A stretch of 64,000 nt of DNA, from assembly GCA_048128005.1 (NCBI GenBank), contig JBEUKZ010000101.1, positions 124,001 to 188,000 of the forward strand, read 5' to 3'. The notes beneath the pieces were generated by a model that saw nothing but the letters and a program-made list of their open reading frames with translations, was not told where the DNA came from and searched no databases. How positions within the stretch are numbered: the stretch's first letter is position 1; each line of letters starts with the position of its first letter. Made by a program: the position numbers and the translations under genes. This document shows positions 1 to 14,217 of the stretch, in pieces. Source of the stretch: Veleropilina oligotropha (lineage: Eukaryota).

Positions 1-154
1 TCAAGACTGTTTATATAGCTGTATTTCCATGTTTCTCAGATCGCACCAAAAATTTAAAATATGAACGTGATATGAAATTTGGTCTCTTTCATGATTCTAT
101 CATGGATTATGAATCACAATGGCTTGTAATAGCAATTAATTTACCATCATGGTT

Positions 155-260
155 GGCAACATTCTTTTAAGACCACTTTTAGCAATTTTTCAGCTGTGTC
201 GGTACATCCGGTTTAAGGTCTCGCTCTGATCTGACCGACATACATTAGGGACCACTTTAA
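155..260 (-). mobile_element. SINE 3' fragment, similar to the copy at 51865-52030
   Basis: Shares 'gaccactttt..caa.tttca.ctgt..cg...ggtttaaggt.tc.ctc.gat.tgaccgaca.a.attagggac' with 51890-51985. Confidence 0.5.
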
Positions 261-1221
261 AACTTAGGCCTACTCATCTCCGGTCCACCCCCTGGCTCCC
301 CGGTTATATCTGTTTTGATCGCCTGTTTTTTGTATTTTATAAAATTCTAATTTGATATACCGGTATAGGCCTATATATATGTGGTAAAGGTGAAATAAAT
401 ATTTATTAATTTCATACTGTATACAGAGTATAAATTCAAAAAGCATGCTAATTAATTAGTTGATATATTCATTTCAAAGGAAGACTGAACATTTTTGTTT
501 TATTGTTAAAATCTGTTAAAAATAGGATTTGTGATATCGAGAATACAGTACGTGTTATATATTAATTATGAACACAACAAAGCAAAGGTAAATCGTTTTT
601 TCACACAAGAATGTCAAGTGTGCAATGATGAAATTGCGTCCATGCATGCCTTAATATTTGTGTACTAAATGAAATGTAAATTAATTAAACCACACGTCAT
701 GTTTTTATCAGAAAACAAGTTGTGAGAGTACATACATTAGGGACCACTTTAGGTACATACATTAATGTAGGGTAGCGATCGTGGTGATCATTTTATTTGA
801 ACAGTGAACAATTCTTATCCGATTTGATGTGCACATTAGTTATGATGAGGACACCACGTGTAACGATTTTCGTCGTTTTCAGATTAAAGATGGCTGGCAT
901 TGTGGATTCGAGGATTTGATAGTTTTATTAAGTTCGTTCAGATTATGTACCTTTACGCTTTCACTATATGCTTCCTTACAGTACTCTTTAATTTAAGACC
1001 GTTGTAACGCTTTAATTTAAAATTCTGTGCAATTATATTGTACAGTTTGCATACCAATTGTCTGTTTGCATTTATATTTTATTTTACTTATTATCTTTCG
1101 TTACCCATCAGTAATTGAAGCAAAAACAATTAGTGTATTATGAGGTAATGCCACACAGAATGAGTATTTGAAAAAAGAATCTTATTAACACCATGAATCT
1201 GATTAGTTAATATTTGTGATC

Positions 1222-4200
1222 ATGAATACCCTGGCACAGAACATGATATGTGAACACCCTGGTCTAGAACATATGTGAATACCCTGGTCCAGAACATATG
1301 TGAATACCCTGGTCCAAACATATGTGAATACCCTGATCCAGAACATGATATGTGAACACCCTGGCCCAGAACATGATATGTGAATACCTTGGCCCAGAAC
1401 ATATGTTAATACCCTGGCCCAGAACATGATATGCGAATACCCTGTTCCAGAACATGATATGCGAATACCCTGGTGCAGAACATGATATGTGGATACTCTG
1501 GTCCAGAACATGATATGTGAATACCCTGGCCCAGAACATGATATGTGAACACCCTGGCCAAGAACATGATACATGAATACCCTGATCCAGAACATATGTT
1601 AATACCCTGGCCCAGAACATGATATGTTAACACCCTGGCCCAGAACATATGTTAATACTCTGGTCCAGAACATGATATGTGAATACCCTGGCCCAGAACA
1701 TGATATGTGAACACCCTGGCCCAGAACATGATACGTGAATACCCTGATCCAGAACATATGTTAATACTCTGGTCCAGAACATGATATGTGAACACCCTGG
1801 CCAAGAACATGATACGTGAATACCCTGATCCAGAACATATGTTAATACCCTGGCCCAGAACATGATATGTGAACACCCTGGTCCAGAACATGATATGTGA
1901 ACACCCTGATCCAGAACATGATATGTGAATACCCTGGCCCAGAACATGATATGTGAATACCCTGATCCAGAACATGATATGTGAATACCCTGGTCCAGAT
2001 CATTATATGTGAACGCGCTGGCCCAGAACATGATATGCGAACACCCTGGCCCAGATCATTCACAGCGAATACCCTGGTCCAGATCATGAAATGTGACTAC
2101 CCTGGTCTAGATCATGATATGTGAACACCCTGGCACAGAACATGATATGTGAATACCCTGGCCCAGGACATGATATGTGAATACCCTGGCCCAGATCATG
2201 ATATGTGAATACCCTGGCCCAGAACATGATATGCGAATACCCTGGTCCAGAACATGATATGTGAATACCCTGGCCCAGAACATGATATGTGAATACCCTG
2301 GTCCACAACATGATATGTGGATACCCTGGCCCAGAACATGATATGTGAATACCCTGGTCCAGAACATGATATGTGATTACCCTGGCCCAGGACATGATAT
2401 GTGAATACCCTGGCCCAGAACATGATATGTGAATACCCTGGCCCAGGACATGATATGTGAATACCCTGGCCCAGGACATGATATGCGAATACCCTGGTCC
2501 AGAACATGATATGTGAATATCCTGATCCAGAACATATGTGAATACCCTGGCCAAGAACATGATATGTGAATACCCTGGCCCAGGACATGATATGCGAATA
2601 CCCTGGTCCAGAACATGATATGTGAATACCCTGGCCAAGAACATGATATGTGAATAACCTGGCCCAGGACATGATATGCGAATACCCTGGCTCAGAACAT
2701 GATATGTGAATACCCTGGCCCAGAACATATGTGAATACCGTGGCCAAGAACATGATATGTGAATACCCTGGCCCAGGACATGATATGCGAATACCCTGGT
2801 CCAGAACATGATATGTGAATACCCTGATCCAGAACATATGTGAATACCCTGGCCAAGAACATGATATGTGAATACCCTGGCCCAGGACATGATATGCGAA
2901 TACCCTGGTCCAGAACATGATATGTGAATACCCTGATCCAGAACATATGTGAATACCCTGGCCAAGAACATGATATGTGAATACCCTGGCCCAGGACATG
3001 ATATGCGAATACCCTGGTCCAGAAGATGATATGTGAATACCCTGGCCCAGGACATATGTGAATACCCTGGCCAAGAACATGATACGTGAATACCCTGGTC
3101 CAGGACATATGTGAACACCCTGGCCAAGAACATGATATGTGAATACCCTGGTCCAGAACATGATATGTGAATACCCTGGTCCAGAACATGATATGTGAAT
3201 ACCCTGGCCCAGAACATGATATGTGAATACCCTGGTCCAGAACTTGATATGTGAATACCCTGGTCCAGAACTTGATATGTGAATACCCTGGTCCAGAGCA
3301 TGGTATGTGAATACCCTGGCCCAGAACATATGTGAATACACTGGCCCAGAACATGATATGTGAATACCTTGGCCCAGAACATATGTTAATACTCTGGCCC
3401 AGATCATGATATGTGAATACCCTGGCCCAGAACATGATATGTGAACACCCTGGCCCAAAACATGATATGTGAACACCCTGGCCCAGATCATGATATGTGA
3501 ATACCCTGGTCCAGAACATGATATGTGAATACCCTGATCCAGAACATGATATGTGAATACCCTGATCCAGAACATGATATGTGAACACCCTGGCCCAGAA
3601 CATGATATGTGAATACCCTGGTCCAGAACTTGATATGTGAATACACTGGCTCAGAACATGATATGTGATTACCCTGGTCCAGAACATGATATGTGAATAC
3701 CCTGGCCCAGAATATGATATGTGAATACCCTGGCTCAGAACATGATATGTGAATACCGTGGCCCAGAACATGATATGTGAATACCCTGGTCCAGAACATG
3801 GTATGTGAATACCCTGGCCCAGAACATATGTGAATACACTGGCCCAGAACATGATATGTGAATACCTTGGCCCAGAACATATGTTAATACTCTGGCCCAG
3901 ATCATGATATGTGATTACCCTGGTCCAGAACATGATATGTGAATACCCCGGCCCAGAACATGATACGTGAATACCCTTGCCCAGAACATGATATGTGAAT
4001 ACCCTGGTCCAGAACATGATATGTGAACACCCTGGCCCAGAACATGATATGTGAACACCCTGGTCCAGATCATGATATGTGAACACCCTGGCCCAGAACA
4101 TATGTTAATACTCTGGCCCAGATCATGATATGTGATTACCCTGGTCCAGAACATGATATGTGAATACCCTGGTCCAGAACATGATATGTTAATACACTGG

Positions 4201-5188
4201 CCCAGAACATGATATGTGAATACCTTGGCCCAGAACATATGTTAATACTCTGGCCCAGATCATGATATGTGAATACCCTGGCCCAGAACATGATATGTGA
4301 ACACCCTGGCTCAGAACATGATATGTGAACACCCTGGCCCAGATCATGATATGTGAATACCCTGGTCCAGAACATGATATGTGAATACCCTGATCCAGAA
4401 CATGATATGTGAATACCTGATCCAGAACATGATATGTGAACACCCTGGCCCAGAACATGATATGTGAATACCCTGGTCCAGAACTTGATATGTGAATACA
4501 CTGGCTCAGAACATGATATGTGATTACCCTGGTCCAGAACATGATATGTGAATACCCTGGCCCAGAACATGATATGTGAATACCCTGGCTCAGAACATGA
4601 TATGTGAATACCCTGGCCCAGAACATGATATGTGAATACCCTGGTCCAGAACATGGTATGTGAATACCCTGGCCCAGAACATATGTGAATACACTGGCCC
4701 AGAACATGATATGTGAATACCTTGGCCCAGAACATATGTTAATACTCTGGCCCAGATCATGATATGTGATTACCCTGGTCCAGAACATGATATGTGAATA
4801 CCCTGGTCCAGAACATGATATGTTAATACACTGGCCCAGAACATGATACGTGAATACCCTGGCCCAGAACATGATATGTGAACGCGCTGGCCCAGAACAT
4901 GATATGTGGATACCCTGGTCCAGATCATGATATGTGAATACCCTGGCCCAGAACATGATATGTGAACGCGCTGGCCCAGAACATGATATGTGAACACCCT
5001 GGTCCAGATCATGATATGTGAATACCCTGGCCCAGGACATATGTGAATACACTGGCCCAGTACATGATATGTGAATACTCTGGCCCAGAACATATGTGAA
5101 CACCCTGGCCCAGATCATGATATGTGAATACTCTGGCCCAGAACATGATATGTGAATACCCTGGTCCAGAACATGATATGTTAATACC
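1222..5188. repeat. Minisatellite, 28-bp unit (GAACATGATATGTGAATACCCTGGCCCA) with a 25-bp variant
   Basis: Tandem periodicity read directly; all ORFs here are repeat translations. Confidence 0.97.
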
Positions 5189-5189
5189 C

Positions 5190-5530
5190 CGTTTCGAAGC
5201 TTTAACCTTATTCAGTTCATATCTCGCAGTCAGACCACAGTCCATCCTTTTAAAATCCGAAAATTCCGACAAAGCTCTACTCAACTGTGTAGTACCACAA
5301 TGTTCTGCTTCAGGTCCAATCCTGTTTCAACTTTCTATGACCCCTCTGAGAAATCTGATCAGTATCGTCCATCACTCATATTCAGATGACACCCAGGTTT
5401 TAGATACGTTCAACCCATGTGACATTATTAGATCGACTAAATTTATTTCATGTCATGCTGTCCACAAAAATAAAGAAATGGATGACGTCAGAAATGCTCA
5501 AACTGAATGATGGGAAACAGAAGTCATGAC
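5190..5530 (+). mobile_element. Decayed L2/CR1-type LINE reverse transcriptase fragment
   Basis: FSSYL..R.Q, VPQ.S..GPILF, HSYSDDTQ (YADD-like), then frameshifted WM..MLKLNDGK. Confidence 0.75.
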
Positions 5531-5535
5531 AACCA

Positions 5536-5724
5536 AACAGGACATGTTCTTATTATCGTGGGAGGAAAGCCCGGTCGCCCGAGGAAACCCTCCATCCGAC
5601 CAGTTGTGATTCATAATTTGAACAAAGAATGTCATGTCCCAACCGAGATTCGAACCCGCTACAGTTCGTGTCAGCGGAATGATTTTCTGAGTCGGAAACC
5701 GAAACAACACGACTCAGAGTGGCC
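5536..5724 (-). mobile_element. tRNA-derived SINE family B, diverged copy
   Basis: Reverse complement resembles 53078-53337 (GGACATGT..ATCG.GGGAGGAAA.CCCGGTCGCCC; GGTTCGAATC B box). Confidence 0.75.
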
Positions 5725-6710
5725 AAACTTGACTGGTAGGTTAGGAAAAATGAAGAGTGGGTGATGGAATATCACGTCAAGCTTGACTCGTGAGTATCCA
5801 GCGACTTCCTTTAGTAACTTGATGATCAATGGCGTGTCCTTTCATCGGAGAGGCGGTCAATCCTGTTTCCACAGACTCTGATGCAAGTGCAGCAGATATA
5901 TAAGAGGCCTGTTCCGACCGCTATGCATGCTTTCCTCATCGGTTTTGTATATATGATTTGTCTAGTTCTGGTTGATTCTAAGGACCGTATGCGCAAGCCG
6001 AACTTTGAGTCCAAGTAAAACTTTGGGCGAAGTTTAATATAGATTTAAAATAAAATTTGTGTGGGGTTAGGAAGCGCATTATTGCGACTACAATCCGGGT
6101 TAATGGGGAGCAGTAATACGCGCTCTAAACTTACACAAATAATATTTTTAATGTATTTTAATCACTTTAAACTTTACCCAAAGCTTGACTTTACTGAAAG
6201 GTCGGGTTGCGCATATGGCCCTAGGAGCTTAATGCCCTCGTGGCACGTGTGGTGCCATATTGCCTGGTCTTGAGCAGTCTGTTTCAAGCTGTTTGGGTCA
6301 AAACGACAACGTTTGAAATTTTGTTTCTGTGCCTCTGTATCGTAGTCCGGGTTTGCCGAGAGTGGGTAAGAGAGTATAAGTAGCAAGTGCGAAGTAAGAG
6401 ATGTTCTGGGTGCCAGCATCCGAGACAAACCGGATTTTCAGGGAGGCACTGAAAATATCTCTATGCCGATCACACTAGTCGGGTACCTGCTGACGATCAT
6501 GATTGAGGTTTTATCCAGTGTTCTCAAAGATGACGACGTGAGGCCAAAAGTTAACAGCGAAATATCCATAGGACTTTTTCCTGGTTCCTGGTGAAATTGG
6601 CCTTGCAGTTCTATTGGTATAATTTGCACTGAAATTGCTTAACATAAGCCATCAAAGATTATTGGTCCTTTTGTGTCGATATAGAGTATATCTATAGTTT
6701 ATATAGCTCG

Positions 6711-7160
6711 TTGGGGGGGGGGGTGAGTCCAATGTCCTTGTTTGGTAGATTCATGGTAGTCAACACCGTTGCCTTGTCACAGCTCTGGTACACCGTCACA
6801 GTTGTGCCGATGTTCGACGTCGTTGTTGACGAGGTCAATAAACTGGTTTTAAATTTTATCTTCGATGGAAAGAAGCCGCTGGTTTCTCAAACCACCTTGT
6901 TTGTGTCTTTGGGGAGTTCGGGTGGGGCTTGGCTGATTTGATGTGTGCTTCCCTCCACCAAAAGCATGTCTCAGAACTGTAAATATGATAAGACATGGAC
7001 CCAACTGTCCAGAAATCTGGCGATAGGTGAATTGATTCATACAACCAGGGGTGCTGCTGCATGAATTTTGCATCACCAGTCTTCCACCTGCCATTGTATC
7101 AATGGCTAAACCATTGCTCTCTTTAGATTTGGCAACAGCCCGTTTCCGGAACCTACGCAT
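6711..7160 (+). mobile_element. Decayed L1/Tx1-clade LINE ORF2 fragment
   Basis: SLFGR..VVNTVALSQLWY...FIFDGKKPLVS..TL...GG resembles the post-RT region of Tx1/L1 ORF2. Confidence 0.65.
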
Positions 7161-7559
7161 GCACTAAGCAACTGGAAACCAATATTGTTAGGGATGTTTA
7201 AAATGCATGTCAATAACACTCTCCCTGAGATTGTTGATGCAAATCAGGACAACAAAGGTACAGTTTTGTCCAATGTGATATTGACCGCTCTTTTTAGGTC
7301 TGGATTGCCAATCTTTCACGATATCGGTGGTAGAATATGTATAGAACACGTACTAATTCGTCATTTTTCATGGATAGAGTTGTCTAATTTTATAGCGACT
7401 GTCAGTTTTTTGGAAATACCGTTGCTACCAGGGTTACTCTCCACAAGATGATCTTAATTATATTGCTAGCAGGTTTTGTTGCCCAATACATTCGTTCATA
7501 GTATGTGAATATTATGGGCAAGCAAGAAAATGCTTCCTTTTCCCGCACAATCACGTCCT

Positions 7560-8200
7560 CGCAGGCTTTAAGGGATCACGTCCGAATTTATTCTTGTAAA
7601 GGTATCCATTGTCATTATTTGTAGCATATTTGCAGTTGATTTACGGGGAAGTATATAGCAGCGGCCTAACAAATTCAACATCGATGGTCGTCATTGAAGC
7701 GCCAGATCTCTTCGAATCGTTCGGCGGAAAATATATTACAACGTTGGTGGTGCACTGTAATCTTTATTTTAAACAACGGTTACCGAGGTTCTCGTTAACA
7801 TAACGTTGTCCGATAAGATTACCATGTATAAATACCAGAGATGCAATGGAAAAACTAAATTCCACCCCAGACCATAACGTTCCCGCCCTCAAACTGACGT
7901 ACATCGGCGTCTGAAAAAACGTTCACCTCGACGTCGGTAAATGCGCTCACGGCTATCGCCAAAACTCCAGCAAAAGCGAGATTCGTCGCTAAACAGTACA
8001 TCCGTCCACTGAACTCGGTTATCGACCCGATTATGACTGAAATATTGTTGGCGTGGTCTTTAAACATCAATCAATCCAACGTAGATGTGGACGTGCCCAG
8101 ATCGGCCTAGCGTCACGGTGACGTCGTACAAGTACTTGTCCACGGTACTGGCGTCTAAATCGAACATCGTCCTCTGCCAGCCGATTACACACTGCCTGTG
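7560..8200 (-). mobile_element. Decayed Tc1-family transposase remnant
   Basis: RQFEGGNVMVWGGI followed by GNLIGQRYVNE resembles Tc1 GGGSVMVWGGI...GNL..RY..E; frameshifted. Confidence 0.6.
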
Positions 8201-8249
8201 CTATTAATCTGTTAAATGTTTCTGCGTCCCTGAGTTATAGCTGCTGTTT

Positions 8250-10550
8250 TTCCGTCTTTTGAAAATGTATTTGTGACCCTTGGTGCGTACATAGCAAATT
8301 CCAGGAGGATCGAGCCTTGCATGTGCAACTTTCGTCGCGAATGATGCAATACATTTATAATGTTCAGCCATCTTCTTTGATCTATTGCCCAAATTCGGAT
8401 ATCGACCTCATATTTAACTCTATCGTGAGATGACCATGAACCTCTGGAAAAACATAAGCTCTTCTTTGGTTTTGATCTGTTTTGGCCACCATGCTGTTGT
8501 ATTTGACTAAAATTACCACCTACAATGTTCCAATTTTCCTTTTCTGCATTTTGACAGACAGTCGTTCCTCAGTTACACGTTCCAAGAAAAATGGTTTAAT
8601 CTGATCTCATTCTATGATATCTTTGCGCACTTTGTATATCATAACTTCTTTGCTAATCAGGTTGTGTACGTTATCCTATTATTTGCACATCAGGATAGGG
8701 TCTTCGTGTTTGTTGAACATCACAGTGAGTTTTTGGAAGCATCATTCGGGAAACCTTCCACCCTGTGATTTCATTAGGTTGTGTTCCATTGTCATTACTG
8801 CAATATGCTTTCACAAATTCGTATAAGGACTATGATCACTCTGGAACAATGGGGAAAATATTAATGTGTCTTCTAGTTTTGAGTTCATCCTAAAATTCCC
8901 TCATTGACGTTCTAGGACCCCAGAGGGGCCGCTTCGACAGTCGTTTGGTTTCGTTGCAGACTCCGAAAAATCACTGGTTTGATTCCGCTGACGCAAACAG
9001 TAGTAATGGGTTCGTACCTCAATTGGGACAATGACATTATTTGTTCAAGCTATGAATCACAGTTGTCCATAACTGGTTGGAGAGGGCGGGTTTCCCCGGG
9101 CGACCGGGCTTTCCTCCGGCAATAATATGGACATGTCTGCTTTGAGTCTAATGGTTGGAAACATACAGGACATTAAGCATAGATCCTTTCCTTTTCAAAT
9201 CACCAGAAGTTCCTTCCATGAATTATTTCCGGAGTTCCCGATGCTGCTTTGCTGTATGTCGCTGCGATATGCCTTTTCCAGAGGATGGGTGACAGCTTGA
9301 CGAATGCCTTTTCTTCGGGTTCCTTTATCGAGATACTTTGGAAATACAGATTGCAGAAAACAATGCCCGATATATGCTTGCCATTGTCATTCAGAATTTG
9401 AGTTACGGTTGTTGATGAGTGTAGATTAGCTTCCACCCATACCAGGCTTAGTCAATTCCACACCCCTAAATGTACTCTTACAGCTCTGCTGAAGCCCAAA
9501 ACACAATATTCAGTGTTCTAGGCCAGAAGAGGAACTGCTCCCTGATGTCGCTGTTTTCCACCAACAGCTGCATAGTCGGGTTATACACATGCAAACATTT
9601 ATAACACGAGTTGTCATGCCATGTATAAGGTTTGAAAGTCAGCGTAGTGTGATCTGATTAACGGAGGAACAAAGGCAACATTGGTCCTGTCACTTCCACA
9701 TGTGATTGATGGATGATAGCAATAAATTGAAGGTCACCCGTGTTATTTGTGCATTTAGTTTAAGTTGTTGTTTTCATCTTTAAAGTTCAAGCAACCAGTT
9801 ATCCAAGGTATAAATGTTTTCTTATTCTGGCCTAGGGCCGGTTTCGATGTGCTCAACATGCAATCTATCATTCGTCCCATTGAATCTAACTTTTTACGTG
9901 TTAACATCTTTCAATCAACAGCGTTATTTAAAGTTTAACCATTCAAAGATCAATCATGTGAATCACGTGGTGGCATCATGGCGCCTTGTCAGTAGACGCG
10001 CAATAATACTGTTGTACCATAGCATGTTCTTCATACCATATAGGGTTGGTTCCAGAAATTTGATGTTTTCTAATTCAAACCAAACTAACCTGTCTTGTAC
10101 CAACCACAGTGGCAGACAAATCCATTCCACTGACTGTATTTGCGTCAACACGACGTCCTTTGATGTGGGTGATGTTCGATCTAGATCTGCAAGTGCTTTG
10201 GTAAAGTACAATACCTGCCTGTCGAATTTGAAAGCTGTCACAACATTGTTCTCCAAAATAGATGCACTTTGATTAATGTGTTTATTCTTGTGGTATGTTT
10301 AACTGTCCATATTCGTTGATGGTCTACTGGAATGTACAGTTGTTTTAAACACATCTTATACCGATGATTGTCCGGTAGGAAGAACCAATTTCCTGAAAGT
10401 AAGTTACGTATTTTTGATGAATATCATTGATCACAACATTTCTAGTAGTATTTTAAATTTCAATCGTTGTCTAGATCTTGGTAATCCTTTACTAGGCATG
10501 GTAATTGATACTCTGTGCTCGTAAAAATGTAGAAGAACATTACAACACTG
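8250..10550 (-). mobile_element. Highly decayed large DNA-transposase remnant, Academ-like
   Basis: Broken frames give LVQDRLVWFELENIKFLEPTL.G.KNML.GT (cf. F..DNIDF.E.T.DGK..HGT), NLISKEVM...KDI and FLERV...MQKRK...KEE..FFQRF.VISR; recalled family resemblance only. Confidence 0.45.
8927..9195 (+). mobile_element. tRNA-derived SINE family B, full length
   Basis: Colinear with 53078-53337 from the GGCCGCTTCG head to the CAGGACATTAAGCAT...TCCT tail. Confidence 0.85.
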
Positions 10551-11074
10551 TTCAATATCGATTTAAGACATTCACTACTGGTTTCTTGATCGGTTTTTTA
10601 TCTGGGCACCAATGTGCTCTGTAGAAACATACTCGAGTTTCAAAGTTTTCTTGATATATCACATTATCTTTACAAAAATACTACTCTTTTTCGCAGAAAC
10701 CAGGAAGACTGCTATTTAGTCAAACCTACTACGACTTATACTTTCGCCGTATACCCTACTCCCTCTTGTAATGTATATATCACCGTACGGTTAAACAATT
10801 CTCGCCACAACTGTATGGTAGTCCTATGGTACTCTCATGCAACACGGCCAGCTCTCTTCCGCTGGCCTCTGGTTCCATTCTTCCTTCATCATGCCTGGTG
10901 ATGGTCACCTTTCACCGCCATATAGCCTCCTACGAGATAACATGAATGATACGGTCACTAGAGTTCATAATAATTTATTATTACCTCTGCCAAGGAAGAT
11001 TTGTTTTTACCGACGTTTATGTATTTTGGGGGGGTTTAATATCAACAGAATTACTGAACTCTGGGGTCAGTTAG

Positions 11075-11360
11075 TCTATTGTTCCAGTTACTCTATTGTT
11101 CCAGTTACTCTATTGTTCCAGTCACTCTATTGTTTCAGTTACTCTATTGGTCCAGTTACTCTATTGGTCCAGTTACTCTATTGTTTCAGTTACTATATTG
11201 GTCCAGTTACTCTATTGGTCCAGTTACTCTATTTTTCCAGTTACTCTATTGTTTCAGTTACTCTATTGGTCCAGTTACTCTATTATTTCAGTTACTCTAT
11301 TGGTCCAGTTACTCTATTGTTTCAGTTACTCTATTGGTCCAGTTACTCTATTGTTTCAGT
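11075..11360. repeat. 17-bp minisatellite (CAGTTACTCTATTGKTY)
   Basis: Direct tandem repeat. Confidence 0.95.
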
Positions 11361-12138
11361 TGACTGCCGGAACAATGGGTTAACTATGGCCAATTACAAA
11401 GAATTTGATAAGTTTCCAGCACCATTTTAATGGAAGAGTCTACTCTCATAATATGCTTTAGAGTCTGATATAATGGGCAATTCCATGTTTTAAGGGGTTA
11501 CAGCTTGCAATTTACATTAGATTTTCATGATGTGTATGACAGATAATACACTGAGTCCCCTCGTTGATATCCACATAACGGCTCTCGCTGTCAATTGAGG
11601 CTTTGTTCGATATCGCTCGGGGCAGCAGTCTATCTACTACTTCTTTAAATCTTGGTCTTTCGCTATCAACCAATTGATTAGATTACGCGGTAATCCGTGA
11701 AGCTATGGTGGGGGTATGTGCTATCAGAGTGGTTTCTAGTTGTACATGTATTTAGCATTGACAGGCATTATGTTTTTAACAACTCATGGATGGACACCTG
11801 CAATTTGTACATGTTCTGCACACCTGGCATGCAGGTAAACATTATATCATCACTGTTCATGTTATTTCTTACATTTATCTGGCAAATCAATGTTTTCCAT
11901 TTGCCTAATTGTGTTATGACCTGTGGAGGGTTTTCTCTTAAAATTAACCATCAGAATTCAAGCTGGATGCATGAAACATTGTTTAACGACCACCCCAACA
12001 ATTGTTTAACGACCACACCAACAATTTTTCAGTCTGTATCCGGTCAATTAACTTTAATTGTTAATAGCCCAGACAAATGAATTAACTTGGGTCTCAGTTG
12101 GCCTTAACAAAAGAATTGACAAGGTGCCAGGCTTCTTT

Positions 12139-12390
12139 GAATGGGAGAGTCCACTGTTTCACATCATGCCATGGGAGAGTCCACTGTTTCACATCATGCC
12201 CATGGGGATGGGAGAGTCCACTGTTTCACATCATGCCATGGGAGAGTCCACTGTTTCACATCATGCCATGGGAGAGTCCACTGTTTCACATCATGCCATG
12301 GGAGAGTCCACTGTTTCACATCATGCCATGGGAGAGTCCAGTGTTTCACATCATGCCATGGGAGAGTCCACTGTTTCACATCATGCCCAT
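12139..12390. repeat. 30-bp minisatellite (CATGGGAGAGTCCACTGTTTCACATCATGC), about 8 copies
   Basis: Direct tandem repeat. Confidence 0.95.
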
Positions 12391-13225
12391 GGGGAAATAT
12401 CATGGACATTTCAATGTTTTAAGGGTTTACAGCTTGTAATTTACAATAGATTTTCATGATATGTATGACTGATAATAAACCGACACCCGTCAGCGATATC
12501 CACAAAATGCCTCTCGCTGTCACTTGAGGCATCATGCCTGATATCGCATAGGGGTAGCAGTGTATTATCTATTACGTAAATATAACAACAACCATATAAG
12601 ATGCTTAATAACAAATATCATTTGTTTTATTGAAATGATAAATATTTACAATGTGAGTAATAAAATTGTTTGACACATTTTCTAACAAATTGCGATAGGT
12701 TACACACACCCACACCAAAGAACACTATATAAAATCTTTCATTCAATGAAAGTAGCATATATTCACAGTCTCTATCTGAATCAACATTGTTCTCATTAAC
12801 ACACCGCCAACAGGGAGCCTGATAAAACAAAGACAGCCATATCAACTTGAAGCTAGATATGTAAATATAAATTATTTGTTTAAAAAAACACTGTGTGGAC
12901 ATATTTATAGCAATCATGTTTTGAACTATCATATTTGTATTCAAATACTTCAAATGTATTCCCAGATATTAGTAACTAAATGTATTCTCCAATGGATTCA
13001 TGAAAGTTACGATTTCCCCAATTTAAGTATAATTAAATTATGTATGATATTTTCTTTATTTATATAGTAAATAAACTCAAGTAGAATTCAATATCCAATC
13101 CAATTTTGACAGATTGGTGAAAAATGAAATCTGAGTTATTGGATTAATAATAAATGAACTGCAAGTTTCCAAAGTGTTAGTTAATTTAATGCATGTAAGC
13201 GTTTTTATATTATACCACACAAACA

Positions 13226-13231
13226 TTTATT
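13226..13231 (-). promoter_or_regulatory. Candidate ATG2 polyadenylation signal (AATAAA); alternative at 12626-12631
   Basis: AATAAA on the minus strand in AT-rich sequence downstream of the ATG2 stop; hexamer is common here, so weak. Confidence 0.25.
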
Positions 13232-13979
13232 ATTGCACACAAGAAACAAGTCACACATTTTTTTGAATAATTAAGTCAATGACATTGTTCATAAAGAATA
13301 ATATGCATAGAACTCTATAAGCAGACACTTGATATATGAGTACTGATTAATATATATATACACACAAAGTGATAACACGTGTATGTCAATAACGTGTATA
13401 TTATCAATCGCCAGCACATCCATGCAGGTTTACACCGTACATACGTCACAATGATACACGCATATGTACGCGAGAAACCATGATACGCTCATACATATAC
13501 ACATCGCAACAGACAGACTAACCAATGACTCACGTACTCCCAAACATGACTACAAATAACACTTAGTATGGTTAGATTGGTCAGTAACAAATCTCTTATA
13601 AAATATGGCATATAAATATAACACATTATATTTACAAATAAAGACAAAGTAATCAAAATAAAATTACTAATTACAACAATCACATATAGCTTAGAAAGAC
13701 ATTGCACCTATGAGCCGGAGGTTGCATATTGGTAACATATGTGCTTGCACTCTAACGCACGTCAGTTCTAAAGAAGGATACACATGTAAACTGCACAGAT
13801 ATTTCTTGCATAAGAACTACAGGCGGATATTAATCGAGCTATTGGTCTGAAGCCCTATTTCTTTATTACTTCATAGTTGGAGGCACAAGATCATCATACA
13901 GACTCGTTTTGAATTTAAAACCACAAGGGAAAGATAAAATTATCAATATCATCCTCTTTATTCACTGTTTACTACATAG

Positions 13980-14217
13980 ATCTGAGATCTGAGTGGGTAC
14001 CTGGTTGGCAGTGAGGGAATTGTCAGTATGTAAGTCATGGCGCTACCCGCGTGTAAATGACTGTAATGCTCCCAGAGGGAGTTGAGATGGCATAGAGAGT
14101 TGAGATAGAATCTCGAACAGAACAGGCCGTTAACCAGGGCATAATAATGTAGCGCATTGAGCAAGCATTCGTGCATGGAAAAAGCGCAATATAAGTATCC
14201 ACATTATTATTATTATT
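13980..14217 (+). mobile_element. SINE family A, 5'-truncated
   Basis: Matches the 3' half of 30530-30851 (GGGTACCTGGTTGGCAG...CTCCCAGAGGGAGTTGAGA...(ATT)n). Confidence 0.85.

Noticed and set aside
1203..5284. Long repeat ORFs as protein-coding genes
   Set aside because: The same peptides cycle through all three frames; translation artefact of a minisatellite
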